A DNA stretch of 64,000 nucleotides, taken from positions 1 to 64,000 of the IMG/VR virus record IMGVR_UViG_3300012988_000001. One strand, 5' to 3'. The position numbers and the translations under genes were made by a program. Positions 46,667 to 55,795 of this stretch are shown here, piece after piece; position 1 is the first letter of the stretch, and each line of letters starts with the position of its first letter. Below the pieces are notes generated by a model. The model searched no databases, was not told the DNA's origin, and saw nothing but the letters and a program-made list of their open reading frames with translations.

Positions 46667-47242
46667 ATGTTAGAGAACTACAAGAAGTTAATTGAATTCA
46701 TGCAAGTACTAGAAGGTTTTGAGAATTATCGTATGAGCAATGGGTATGGTGCACGTTTGAAACCATTCGCTTATATTAAATTATTCGGTAGTATTACATA
46801 TGATAATGGGAAATTGTCTATCAGGAACGAAAAAGGAATTGAGTATAAATTCAATAATTTTTTACACACAGATCGTAATCGTACATCAATTGCAAGTAAT
46901 AAATTGAGGGTTGGATCTAAAACCGGGCTACCAGTACCGTACTTTAATATTCAGTACAGTGATGATTTCTTACAACTAACTTCCCCGGAACTCTTTAAGT
47001 TTAACTTGGAATTACAAGATTTATTTGATGAAGAAGCACATTTCCAGCACTCTATGCTTGAGGATATTCCTAGTATTGAAGTACTGAAGGAAGCACAAGA
47101 AATCTTTGAAATGTTATTGAATGAAGACATTGGTTATAATGGACCAATGGAACTACCGGAAATAGATTATGATGGATTCTTACGTTGGATGCGGGATCAA
47201 ACAATTTACGTATCAGGATATTGGGAGCTTTTAGATGTATAG
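46667..47242 (+). CDS. FQxS-family paralogue
   Basis: DEEAHFQHSMLEDIP. Confidence 0.8.
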   Translation: MLENYKKLIEFMQVLEGFENYRMSNGYGARLKPFAYIKLFGSITYDNGKLSIRNEKGIEYKFNNFLHTDRNRTSIASNKLRVGSKTGLPVPYFNIQYSDDFLQLTSPELFKFNLELQDLFDEEAHFQHSMLEDIPSIEVLKEAQEIFEMLLNEDIGYNGPMELPEIDYDGFLRWMRDQTIYVSGYWELLDV

Positions 47243-47762
47243 TACAGCTATTAGGCAGATGATTGAATTTATCTTGCACTTACAACGTTCTAACGTTCAC
47301 ATCAAAACAGTACATCGCCGCATTGAATTTGTAGCAATGAATCACCAGTACATTTGGGACGGATCAGAATTAAAGATAACAACAAATACAAGTACTGTAA
47401 AAATAAAACTTGGATTGGTAAATTCTGAAAACCCAAACTATATTAGCATTAACACCAAACGTTTGAATATTAAATTCGCTCATAAGAATTTCTTAACATT
47501 CCTTTGTCCAGATATGACTGTTCCAACACATGAAATGATGGTTGATGAAGGTACATATCAGCAACATATGGTCTTCACTGATTTGCCAGATTACGATGAA
47601 GTACTAGAAATATATAAAGTGGCTCACGAATTAGTGGAAAATGATTTACGTTACTTTGGTTCTTATAAGATTCCAGTACTGGACATGGGTCATATTGCTC
47701 GCCAGATGGAATGGAAGTACCCAGAAACAAAAGGTTATTGGGGGAGGTATCTAAATGAATAA
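47235..47762 (+). CDS. FQxS-family paralogue (variant)
   Basis: DEGTYQQHMVFTDLP. Confidence 0.78.
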   Translation: MYSTAIRQMIEFILHLQRSNVHIKTVHRRIEFVAMNHQYIWDGSELKITTNTSTVKIKLGLVNSENPNYISINTKRLNIKFAHKNFLTFLCPDMTVPTHEMMVDEGTYQQHMVFTDLPDYDEVLEIYKVAHELVENDLRYFGSYKIPVLDMGHIARQMEWKYPETKGYWGRYLNE

Positions 47763-48336
47763 AGTACTAGAATTAAAACGTCATATTCGTAATATCCTTG
47801 CTGCTTTAAGTGCTGGTGAGTACAGGAAGGGTACAATTCGTTGTGAATATAAAGTGCCTGATACTGAGATTGTCCATAAACATCTCATAACTTATTTCCA
47901 TCGTGGTCAAGATATTTGCTACGATTATAATTATATGTCGTATGGACTTGATGAATCCCGTACTGTGCACTTGGACATTGATACAACTGTTGATGATGCT
48001 CGTGAGGAAGATTCCTTTATCATTATCACAGAGAAAAAACAATTGGCATACAAGTTCGTTCCTTCTACAATGGATCATATTAAGGTTTTGATTCGGTTCG
48101 ATGGTGGAGTTACAGAACGAATTCCTCTAAAAGATATCTTGACAGAAGAACAGTTCTTCATGTATAGTACTCTCTATGACCTTCCTGAATTTGATGAAGT
48201 TAAAGAGTTGGCAGTCATGGGACAACAACTTCGTGGTGAGATGATGCGTAAGCGTATCAAAATTCAGGGGATGTTTGCACAAGAAATAGTTGATATGGAA
48301 AGTGAAGCATTTTTATACGAGGCGAAATACGGATGA
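47755..48336 (+). CDS. FQxS-family paralogue (variant)
   Basis: TEEQFFMYSTLYDLP. Confidence 0.78.
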   Translation: MNKVLELKRHIRNILAALSAGEYRKGTIRCEYKVPDTEIVHKHLITYFHRGQDICYDYNYMSYGLDESRTVHLDIDTTVDDAREEDSFIIITEKKQLAYKFVPSTMDHIKVLIRFDGGVTERIPLKDILTEEQFFMYSTLYDLPEFDEVKELAVMGQQLRGEMMRKRIKIQGMFAQEIVDMESEAFLYEAKYG

Positions 48337-48872
48337 ATCTATATGAAGTGTATTTAAGTCTATCAGCATTGTATGCTAATAGTCTTTTAGACAACAGTCC
48401 ATTCTTCAATAAACAGGTTGGTGATCTATGGATATCCGTAACTCATAAGCAAGCATCTGTACTTAGTCTTTCTGACCGGACGTGTATAATGATGCTGATG
48501 GACGTTTCTGGTTATCATGGTGTTTACACAGAGAATAAGATTATGTTCAGTGAACAACACGGCAACCCTAGTTCTTCGGTTGAAATTGGTAACAGCCTAA
48601 CTGATTATTTTGAGTTTATCACTGAACTACCTATGTACAGACCACCGGGAACGAATTTGGAAAGCCCACGATGGCACATTGACGATATCTCAGAAGAGTT
48701 TATCTTTCAGCAGAGTACCATGTATAATCTATTAGAGTACAAGTACTTTGAACAAATCAAACATTATTATCATGATATAAGCCGTCTAAATCGTGCAGCT
48801 AAAACTTCCTGCATGATGCATTTAGATTACGATTGGCATAATATTCCATTAACGGAGAACGACTTCCTATGA
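48333..48872 (+). CDS. FQxS-family paralogue
   Basis: SEEFIFQQSTMYNLL. Confidence 0.8.
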   Translation: MNLYEVYLSLSALYANSLLDNSPFFNKQVGDLWISVTHKQASVLSLSDRTCIMMLMDVSGYHGVYTENKIMFSEQHGNPSSSVEIGNSLTDYFEFITELPMYRPPGTNLESPRWHIDDISEEFIFQQSTMYNLLEYKYFEQIKHYYHDISRLNRAAKTSCMMHLDYDWHNIPLTENDFL

Positions 48873-49516
48873 AGAACATTCAACCTGTGTTGTTTTTCTT
48901 TGAAACAATTAATCAGTGGAACTATCATACTTATGTTGACTTATTCGACATGAAACCGTCTGTACGTTATAAAGATATGTTTCATGAAGTACTAGGAGGA
49001 TTTTCACATCCTTTAAGTAAGTATGAAATGTACATTACTACCACTAAACAAAATCAGGGTATTGGATTTATGATGGAAGACCGTCATACAAATCAACCAG
49101 TACTATTCGCTGGTTTACAAGAGTGGGGTGGTACAGCAGTTATGTGGCCTGATTGGATGTATATTCCAATGAATGCTAACAAACTTGTATTTGATGATCG
49201 CGATCCAAACACACCAGAAATGGAAGTAGTAATTATGAGTGAGGAAGAACATTTCCAAACTATGATGCTACGTGACTTACCTGATCATCATGTAATTGAA
49301 CCAGCGATAGAAGTCTACCAGTACTTAAAGCCTATTGCAGCTAATCACAAGATTGGTTTCTCAATAGATTATAATCACATGGATATGGACTTTAAAGATT
49401 TTATTCCAGCAGAAAGTGCTTTTCAAACCATTGAACAATTGTTTGGTAATGCACTTGAGCTATACTATGAGGCAGAAGAACATGGAAACCCATTCAGTTA
49501 TTACACTTTATCATGA
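48869..49516 (+). CDS. FQxS-family paralogue
   Basis: SEEEHFQTMMLRDLP. Confidence 0.8.
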   Translation: MKNIQPVLFFFETINQWNYHTYVDLFDMKPSVRYKDMFHEVLGGFSHPLSKYEMYITTTKQNQGIGFMMEDRHTNQPVLFAGLQEWGGTAVMWPDWMYIPMNANKLVFDDRDPNTPEMEVVIMSEEEHFQTMMLRDLPDHHVIEPAIEVYQYLKPIAANHKIGFSIDYNHMDMDFKDFIPAESAFQTIEQLFGNALELYYEAEEHGNPFSYYTLS

Positions 49517-50633
49517 TCTACTCAAGCTAGTTGAAACAAACGAAGCATTTGAGTACAAAGACGCTCGTTCGGTAGCTGGTGGGCTTTATCGTGCCTTTTC
49601 CTACCGCCTTGCTTCTTACTCTGATTTCTTATTGCCGGGTGCAGTAGAATGTCGTGGAGTTTTATTTGAGATTCGCGAAGACGGTTCTATGATCCGTTGT
49701 GCGGCTCGTCCACAAAATAAGTTTTTCAATGCTTATGAGAACCCGTTAGTTATGTTCCCTAACGATATGTTGAGTACTGAAATTGTGTTAGCAATGGATA
49801 AACGCGACGGTTCTATCATTAGCAGCTTTATGGATAACGATAATGTTATTCGCACGAAGTCACATACGTCTATGCACAGTGACCATGCATATAACACCAC
49901 AGCAATGCTCCACGCTGATGATGAATTATATGGTGCGGTTGTTGAGGCTGATTTACAGTACTGTACAGTGAACTTCGAATATACTTCACCGGAGTACCGC
50001 ATTGTGTTACCATACCAGAAAGATGAGTTGGTAGTGCTAAACGTGCGTAATCGTCAGACAGGTGAAATGATCCTCGGTGATGAGTTGAAAAAGCGTTTCC
50101 CAATTTTGTATCGCCGTTCGGTGTTTGCAAAATCAGGAAATATTGACAGCACGTTCCCAATGTGTCATACTCTTCGTGATTCAATTTATGCAGCATATGA
50201 AATGAAAGATATTGAGGGCTTTGTCCTTCAGTTGAAAGATGGTACAATGGCTAAAGTTAAAACCCATTGGTATTGTGCATTGCACTTATCAAAGGACAGC
50301 ATTAACATTGACTCTCGTTTATATGATGTAGTACTTCAAGATGGTTCAGATGATTTACGTCAAATGTTCAGTAATGACCCGTACTGCTTAGATAAAATTG
50401 ATCGTATGGAGAAGCTAGTATTTTCAACACATAACAAACTCAAACAAACAGTTGTGGACTTCGTTGAGGCGAATAAACATTTGGACCGTAAAGAGTTTGC
50501 TTTGGCAGTACAGGATGGATTGCCAAAGGATTTGAACCATCAAGGTTTAGCTTTCTCGTTGTATAACGGCAAGCCTGTTAACTACAAAGAAACTATGTTG
50601 AAGTACATGAAGGATGTATTAGCTAACTTCTAA
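49482..50633 (+). CDS. rnlA: RNA ligase 1 (T4 Rnl1-like)
   Basis: KRDGS motif I, KFFN, FEYTSP..RIV, EGFVL, KVKT.WY. Confidence 0.92.
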   Translation: METHSVITLYHDLLKLVETNEAFEYKDARSVAGGLYRAFSYRLASYSDFLLPGAVECRGVLFEIREDGSMIRCAARPQNKFFNAYENPLVMFPNDMLSTEIVLAMDKRDGSIISSFMDNDNVIRTKSHTSMHSDHAYNTTAMLHADDELYGAVVEADLQYCTVNFEYTSPEYRIVLPYQKDELVVLNVRNRQTGEMILGDELKKRFPILYRRSVFAKSGNIDSTFPMCHTLRDSIYAAYEMKDIEGFVLQLKDGTMAKVKTHWYCALHLSKDSINIDSRLYDVVLQDGSDDLRQMFSNDPYCLDKIDRMEKLVFSTHNKLKQTVVDFVEANKHLDRKEFALAVQDGLPKDLNHQGLAFSLYNGKPVNYKETMLKYMKDVLANF

Positions 50634-50661
50634 TACAATACAGCCAATACAAGGAATGTTT

Positions 50662-50922
50662 ATGGCTAACACAAAATATAAACTTGCTAAAGGGGCTGTT
50701 CGTTCTCCAGAGGAACATAGAAAGATACTTCAAGAAATTGACACCTTACAACATGATCGCTCTCACCGGGGCGTGAAGAAGAGTAAGAAGCGGATTGCCA
50801 GTACTGGAATCAGTAGCACTATGTATAAGAAAGCGAACAAGCCCAAGAAGCCAAAAACCGAACGAATCTATGACCAAAATAGATTTATTCAAAATATGGG
50901 GAGAACTGATTACCGTGACTAA
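50662..50922 (+). CDS. Small basic protein
   Basis: K/R-rich; AAGGA upstream. Confidence 0.7.
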   Translation: MANTKYKLAKGAVRSPEEHRKILQEIDTLQHDRSHRGVKKSKKRIASTGISSTMYKKANKPKKPKTERIYDQNRFIQNMGRTDYRD

Positions 50923-51142
50923 CAGGACAGTCAGTATTAAAACCATTGCACACTACGATGAGTTATGGTATTGTATTGAAGCTGGTTCTGGTTGTACAAA
51001 CAAAGATATGATGGATATCTACCAGCATTGTAAAGGTGTTGGTGACAAAATTCATTGTATTGATGGACACTTGTACTTCAATCAGGATGCGTTTTTCAAT
51101 ATTGATTTGATGTTCACAAACTACGACTTTATTACAAATTAG
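50915..51142 (+). CDS. Hypothetical protein
   Basis: Probable GTG start inside ORF 50795..51142. Confidence 0.55.
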   Translation: MTNRTVSIKTIAHYDELWYCIEAGSGCTNKDMMDIYQHCKGVGDKIHCIDGHLYFNQDAFFNIDLMFTNYDFITN

Positions 51143-51152
51143 GAGATTTATT

Positions 51153-51407
51153 ATGAAAGTAGACGTATCTCACAGCATTGTTCAAGACATGACCGTGATT
51201 AAATTTTCAAGCCTAAGTGATTATCGTCGTTGTATATCGTTCCTACAATCAGCTAAACTCGAATGGATTCCATTAAAGTATAGTTCAGCAAACGACACAG
51301 CGAGTATTCGCGTCGGGGAAACAGTTTTGAACACTATTGTAAACAAATTTGGAGTAAACAAAGATGCCAGTACTAACACTAACGGTGGGACTTCCGGGGT
51401 GCGGTAA
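51153..51407 (+). CDS. Hypothetical protein
   Basis: AGGAG RBS. Confidence 0.7.
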   Translation: MKVDVSHSIVQDMTVIKFSSLSDYRRCISFLQSAKLEWIPLKYSSANDTASIRVGETVLNTIVNKFGVNKDASTNTNGGTSGVR

Positions 51408-52293
51408 AAGCACTTGGGCTAATGAACAAGTTCGCACTGCTAAGTCAAAAACGGTAAACGTCAACCTTGATGACGTGCGTCAGACGATGGCGGGTACACA
51501 TCAGAACTATAAATTCCGTAAAGATAACGAACAGTACGTACAATCGGTACAGTGCAGTGCAGCGGAGTTTGCAGTACAGAAGAAGTGGAACATCATCGTA
51601 TCCGATACGAACCTCAACCCAGAGGTTCGTAAGAAATGGAAAGAATTTGCTAAAGAACATGGTTATACTTATAAAGAGCAGAACTTCTTTACTGAATTCA
51701 AGAAGGGTAAAAACTTCGAGCACGAATTCTTTGCAATCAAAGGTTTTGTGAAACTCTGTAAAGAGCGTAACATCAACCGTGAGAAAGCAGTACCGGAATC
51801 AGTGATCGATGACATGGCAACTAAGTACCTTTACACTTTTGATAAGGTAATGAACACTCCTGAAGTACTTAAGTCTGAAGATGAGTATATCATCGTTGAC
51901 GTTGACGGTACTTTGGCTCATATGTGGAACCGTGGCCCATATGATGAAACTAAAGTGTATGATGACCGCCCTGACCCAGAAGTAATCCTTTCTGTTATCG
52001 CAGAAGCGAAGTATCTTGGTCGTAAGGTAATCATCATGAGTGGTCGCCATGAAACTTGTATGCCTGATACCATCCGTTGGTTGGAGAAGCACAACGTACC
52101 GTTTGATCATATCTTCATGCGTGAAGCTGATGACAACCGTAGTGATGATATCGTGAAATATGAGTTGTACATGAAGCACGTGTATGGTAAATTCAACGTC
52201 AAGAAAGTTTACGACGACCGCAACCAAGTGTGCGTCATGTGGCGTAATCTCATCGGCCTACAGGTTTTTCAGGTGGCTGAGGGTAACTTTTGA
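51364..52293 (+). CDS. pseT: Polynucleotide 5'-kinase/3'-phosphatase (T4 PseT-like)
   Basis: GLPGCGKST P-loop; DVDGTL HAD motif; YDDR; terminator at 52298-52320. Confidence 0.95.
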   Translation: MPVLTLTVGLPGCGKSTWANEQVRTAKSKTVNVNLDDVRQTMAGTHQNYKFRKDNEQYVQSVQCSAAEFAVQKKWNIIVSDTNLNPEVRKKWKEFAKEHGYTYKEQNFFTEFKKGKNFEHEFFAIKGFVKLCKERNINREKAVPESVIDDMATKYLYTFDKVMNTPEVLKSEDEYIIVDVDGTLAHMWNRGPYDETKVYDDRPDPEVILSVIAEAKYLGRKVIIMSGRHETCMPDTIRWLEKHNVPFDHIFMREADDNRSDDIVKYELYMKHVYGKFNVKKVYDDRNQVCVMWRNLIGLQVFQVAEGNF

Positions 52294-52336
52294 TCGTAGG
52301 GTAGATTCGTCTACCCTTTTTAAGTAAGGAGGGCAT

Positions 52337-52744
52337 ATGTCTGAACCAGATTATTCTATTCTAATTGGAGCCGATGGTGAAGAAGGTCTTATTGACCTAA
52401 TCAAGATGATTCGCTTCGATACAACAATACAGGTATACATGGTTCCAGTACTGATTACTGATGAATCATTTGAAGTGAATAAAAGTGATAATCCAGAAGA
52501 TGGAACAACTAAGTACGAATATGTACGAGAAGTAAGTATTCGTCAAGGTTCGCGTTGTTATAAAACTCAAGTATTTTATTCTGACGAGTCCAATCGCTAT
52601 TATATTAGTGTTGCTCGCGTTGCTCCATATCTTCAGGATCGAACTCGGAGATTCTTAGAACATAATATTAACGGAAAGTACGGTAATTATTTCCTTGATG
52701 TTGTTGATGGGCGACCATTGTTACTTAAGGGTTTATCACGATGA
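52337..52744 (+). CDS. Hypothetical protein
   Basis: GGAGG RBS. Confidence 0.75.
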   Translation: MSEPDYSILIGADGEEGLIDLIKMIRFDTTIQVYMVPVLITDESFEVNKSDNPEDGTTKYEYVREVSIRQGSRCYKTQVFYSDESNRYYISVARVAPYLQDRTRRFLEHNINGKYGNYFLDVVDGRPLLLKGLSR

Positions 52745-53265
52745 CATTATTTGAAGATCCTTTATATCAGAAGTTCGTCATTCTTGGTAATGCTGAATAT
52801 GAGCTACGTCAACCATATCTAAGGTGGATTAACACACTTATTCCATATTTCGATTTATCTAATTCTGTGCACTATAAAGATGTTATTGAAATTAAAACAG
52901 TCAATTATGTATATGACGCACTAAATTCCGGTGCTGTTAAACCAACCATTCTCCCAAGTGCAATTATTCGTGTTCTTGTTAAAACAGAGTATGGGTTTAA
53001 CGATACTATTCGTCGTGTACCACTTGATAAATTTGGTCAGATTGGTGAACAGTTGATTGAAGAATTCCAGTACTTCATGAGTTTTAGAAAATTCCATTAT
53101 GAATTGTGTGAAGAGATTAATGAGAAGTATATGCGTAAACATGTCACCAATGGAACAGATACTTACAAGATAACAAAAATAGAATATCATTCGATGCCAT
53201 TGTTTTATGCAAGGCCAAATGTTCTAGATGTACGAATTAATGAGAAGGAGTACTGGCTACAATGA
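52741..53265 (+). CDS. Hypothetical protein (possible paralogue of 53262)
   Basis: IRRVPLDKF vs YCRIPLSEF. Confidence 0.72.
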   Translation: MTLFEDPLYQKFVILGNAEYELRQPYLRWINTLIPYFDLSNSVHYKDVIEIKTVNYVYDALNSGAVKPTILPSAIIRVLVKTEYGFNDTIRRVPLDKFGQIGEQLIEEFQYFMSFRKFHYELCEEINEKYMRKHVTNGTDTYKITKIEYHSMPLFYARPNVLDVRINEKEYWLQ

Positions 53266-53741
53266 AACATGAACTAATACAAAAATTTGAGGCGTTGACG
53301 AGAATTGCAAACGAGCACAGAAATATACGTCACAAGGTTGCTATCCAACGACAATTAACACATAATACATTCTTGATTGACAAAATGTATGGTGTTGCAT
53401 ATTTTGAAACTGATTTGAATATGTACTGTTACTATCGCCCTGATACAAACTCAGAACACAGCTACTGTCGTATTCCTTTGAGTGAATTCAGTACTGAAGA
53501 CCAATCGTATTATCGCGAACTGTATCACCCTTATATTACTATTCGCAAGGAGATTGAAGATCTTCATGAAGTAATGAAGAAGGAACTAATCGGCCTATCT
53601 GTAATTCGTTTGGGTAACGAAGATGAAGCAAGTGAAGATGAAGAAGTTGTCATTGACGATTTAAACTTCAGTGATGATTTATGCATTGTAATCAAAGGCA
53701 AACCACTTGATCACGTACTCCCACATGGACATTTCAAATGA
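53262..53741 (+). CDS. Hypothetical protein
   Basis: AAGGAG RBS, ATGA coupling. Confidence 0.75.
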   Translation: MKHELIQKFEALTRIANEHRNIRHKVAIQRQLTHNTFLIDKMYGVAYFETDLNMYCYYRPDTNSEHSYCRIPLSEFSTEDQSYYRELYHPYITIRKEIEDLHEVMKKELIGLSVIRLGNEDEASEDEEVVIDDLNFSDDLCIVIKGKPLDHVLPHGHFK

Positions 53742-53998
53742 TTAAAATAACAATTGAAGGCCCGGTTAATTCAGGAAAATCCTTAATTGCCATGCGTATT
53801 GCTAATATGCTTCAACAAGAGGGAGTGGACGTTACAGTACTAACAGAGTCTGTTCCAGTTGATATTACAACAATGTTTTATAATACACCGATTAATGAAT
53901 TAACTCCAAAGTTCTTTGCGTGTGAAATTCATGATTTGAATAGTAATACATTCTTTCCTGTGATCCATAATAAAATTGGATTTAAGGGGATGCGATGA
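53738..53998 (+). CDS. Small protein with a P-loop-like N-terminus
   Basis: ITIEGPVNSGKS; too short for a full kinase. Confidence 0.6.
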   Translation: MIKITIEGPVNSGKSLIAMRIANMLQQEGVDVTVLTESVPVDITTMFYNTPINELTPKFFACEIHDLNSNTFFPVIHNKIGFKGMR

Positions 53999-54273
53999 GT
54001 TTCGAAAGTGATCTAAATCAATATTGTGTGTACGAAAGAATGAAAGAAGATTATCGTATTCGTTTGAATAAAAAGTATGTTGGAAGAACATTTACAGTTT
54101 TAACACCACCGTTTGCCAAATCACACTTTCGTGTTGGTGAATCATACTCTATTGACGGTTTCAGTGTTTATAACAATGAGACATATATTATCAATCGCGA
54201 AGGTGGAATGAATCGAACAATACGAATGTGTGAAATTCGATTAAATCCGCTTGACAAGCCAGTGGGTGAATGA
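53995..54273 (+). CDS. Hypothetical protein
   Basis: ATGA coupling. Confidence 0.7.
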   Translation: MSFESDLNQYCVYERMKEDYRIRLNKKYVGRTFTVLTPPFAKSHFRVGESYSIDGFSVYNNETYIINREGGMNRTIRMCEIRLNPLDKPVGE

Positions 54274-54289
54274 TATAATTTTCACTCAC
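54251..54289 (+). promoter_or_regulatory. Promoter with the -10 inside an inverted repeat
   Basis: TTGACA N17 TATAAT; GTGGGTGAA/TTCACTCAC. Confidence 0.75.
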
Positions 54290-54303
54290 AAAGGAGAATC
54301 TAA

Positions 54304-54507
54304 ATGACAATTTTAGCAATTTATGCAATCGTGATGTTGGTAGTATTTGTGATATATGCACTTCCATATGCATTTGGTGGTGACGGGTTAGAAGTAGTAG
54401 GAGTAGTTCTCTCTGCTATTATTGCAGTATTTTGGCCTGTTGTATATGTAATCTTAATCTGGGACGGAATTAAAATATGCCTCAAGAAGTTATCTATTAT
54501 CTCATAG
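54304..54507 (+). CDS. Small membrane protein
   Basis: Two TM-like segments; AVFWP. Confidence 0.75.
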   Translation: MTILAIYAIVMLVVFVIYALPYAFGGDGLEVVGVVLSAIIAVFWPVVYVILIWDGIKICLKKLSIIS

Positions 54508-54689
54508 CAGTTGTCGTAGTTTGGGTTGTACTCTTTACAATTGATTATTGGAGTTGTGAAGAAATGACAGTAGCCGATTTACTCATTGATGGTGTCATGG
54601 CAGCATTCTTCCCAATCACCTTGATAATCATATTCTTCTGCTTCCTCAGTGAATCTAATAAGATTTATATCAAACGGAAGAAACGATGA
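54477..54689 (+). CDS. Small membrane protein
   Basis: Two TM-like segments; AAFFP. Confidence 0.72.
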   Translation: MPQEVIYYLIAVVVVWVVLFTIDYWSCEEMTVADLLIDGVMAAFFPITLIIIFFCFLSESNKIYIKRKKR

Positions 54690-54955
54690 GTAATCTTGAA
54701 ATATTTTTATATATTGCCCTAATATGGTTCACTGGATTTATCGGTGGTATGTGGGTACTCATATACGATTATCGATCTTATGATCGAGATGTAAAAATGA
54801 TGGAGTTTTTGGAGAATACATTATGGACATTCATCGCATGGCCTACTATTATCCATTACATCATTCTCTATGCTTTCAAACCAATAACCAATATGTTTGA
54901 CATAGATTTTAGTAAATTTAAAGATATAACAATAGTAAAAGGAAAAAAGAAATGA
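54686..54955 (+). CDS. Small membrane protein
   Basis: Two TM-like segments; FIAWP. Confidence 0.72.
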   Translation: MSNLEIFLYIALIWFTGFIGGMWVLIYDYRSYDRDVKMMEFLENTLWTFIAWPTIIHYIILYAFKPITNMFDIDFSKFKDITIVKGKKK

Positions 54956-55182
54956 GCAATAAAACTGAAGTACAGAAAGAAATTGATCTACGTATCGAAG
55001 AAATCACACAGAAGATTCGCGAACTAGAACGTATCGCAGATGCGAACGATATCAACTTCTCTCTACCTGTAATTGATAAAGAATACTACTGTGAGAAACA
55101 TATCGAAGAAGACGAATGGCTTCGCGATTCTTGGGGTGGTAATGGTTGTGGTCAATGGCTATCTAGCTCTGACTTCTGCTAA
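54952..55182 (+). CDS. Hypothetical protein
   Basis: Coiled-coil start, C-terminal GQWLSSSDFC. Confidence 0.75.
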   Translation: MSNKTEVQKEIDLRIEEITQKIRELERIADANDINFSLPVIDKEYYCEKHIEEDEWLRDSWGGNGCGQWLSSSDFC

Positions 55183-55225
55183 TAAAACAGGGGGAGAATC
55201 CCCCAATTAATTTAAAGGGGTAATT

Positions 55226-55795
55226 ATGGATCTCTCACAGTACAGTACTGAAGAATTAAAACTAAAACTAGCTTGCTCTACTTCTGAAATAGATATGATT
55301 TCTAGACAGATTAAACGTCTTCAAAATAATCAGCTAGAAGCGTGTGATCAAGAATTAGAATATCAAACTGAAATAGATAAGCGTGAAATTGAATACATCA
55401 TCGATGCTCCGTTTGAAGAACAAGTACAGTACTTCCTATATAATTATAGTATGAAACGTTCTGCGAAACATATTAGTACTTGTGATAAGTTCTTTGATAT
55501 GCTTTCGATTAAAATCCATCCACGTGACAGAACTGTTCGTTTCAAAGCACATCAAGATTTCATCAAATCCAATTATGATGTAATCTTAAGGTACTTACCG
55601 ATGTTGTTTGAGTTCTGTTATGAGCGTATTCAACTGGAAACTAATAAGTACCATATGATTACGGTAGAGAATAACCAGATGGTTGACCGAATCAACTATT
55701 ACCCAGCCACCAAAAGTTACTTTACTGATGGTGTATATATCCGTTCACATAAAACACTAGAGTCTGTTCTAGACCACATGATGGAGGTTGCATAA
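55226..55795 (+). CDS. Hypothetical protein
   Basis: N-terminal coiled coil. Confidence 0.75.
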   Translation: MDLSQYSTEELKLKLACSTSEIDMISRQIKRLQNNQLEACDQELEYQTEIDKREIEYIIDAPFEEQVQYFLYNYSMKRSAKHISTCDKFFDMLSIKIHPRDRTVRFKAHQDFIKSNYDVILRYLPMLFEFCYERIQLETNKYHMITVENNQMVDRINYYPATKSYFTDGVYIRSHKTLESVLDHMMEVA

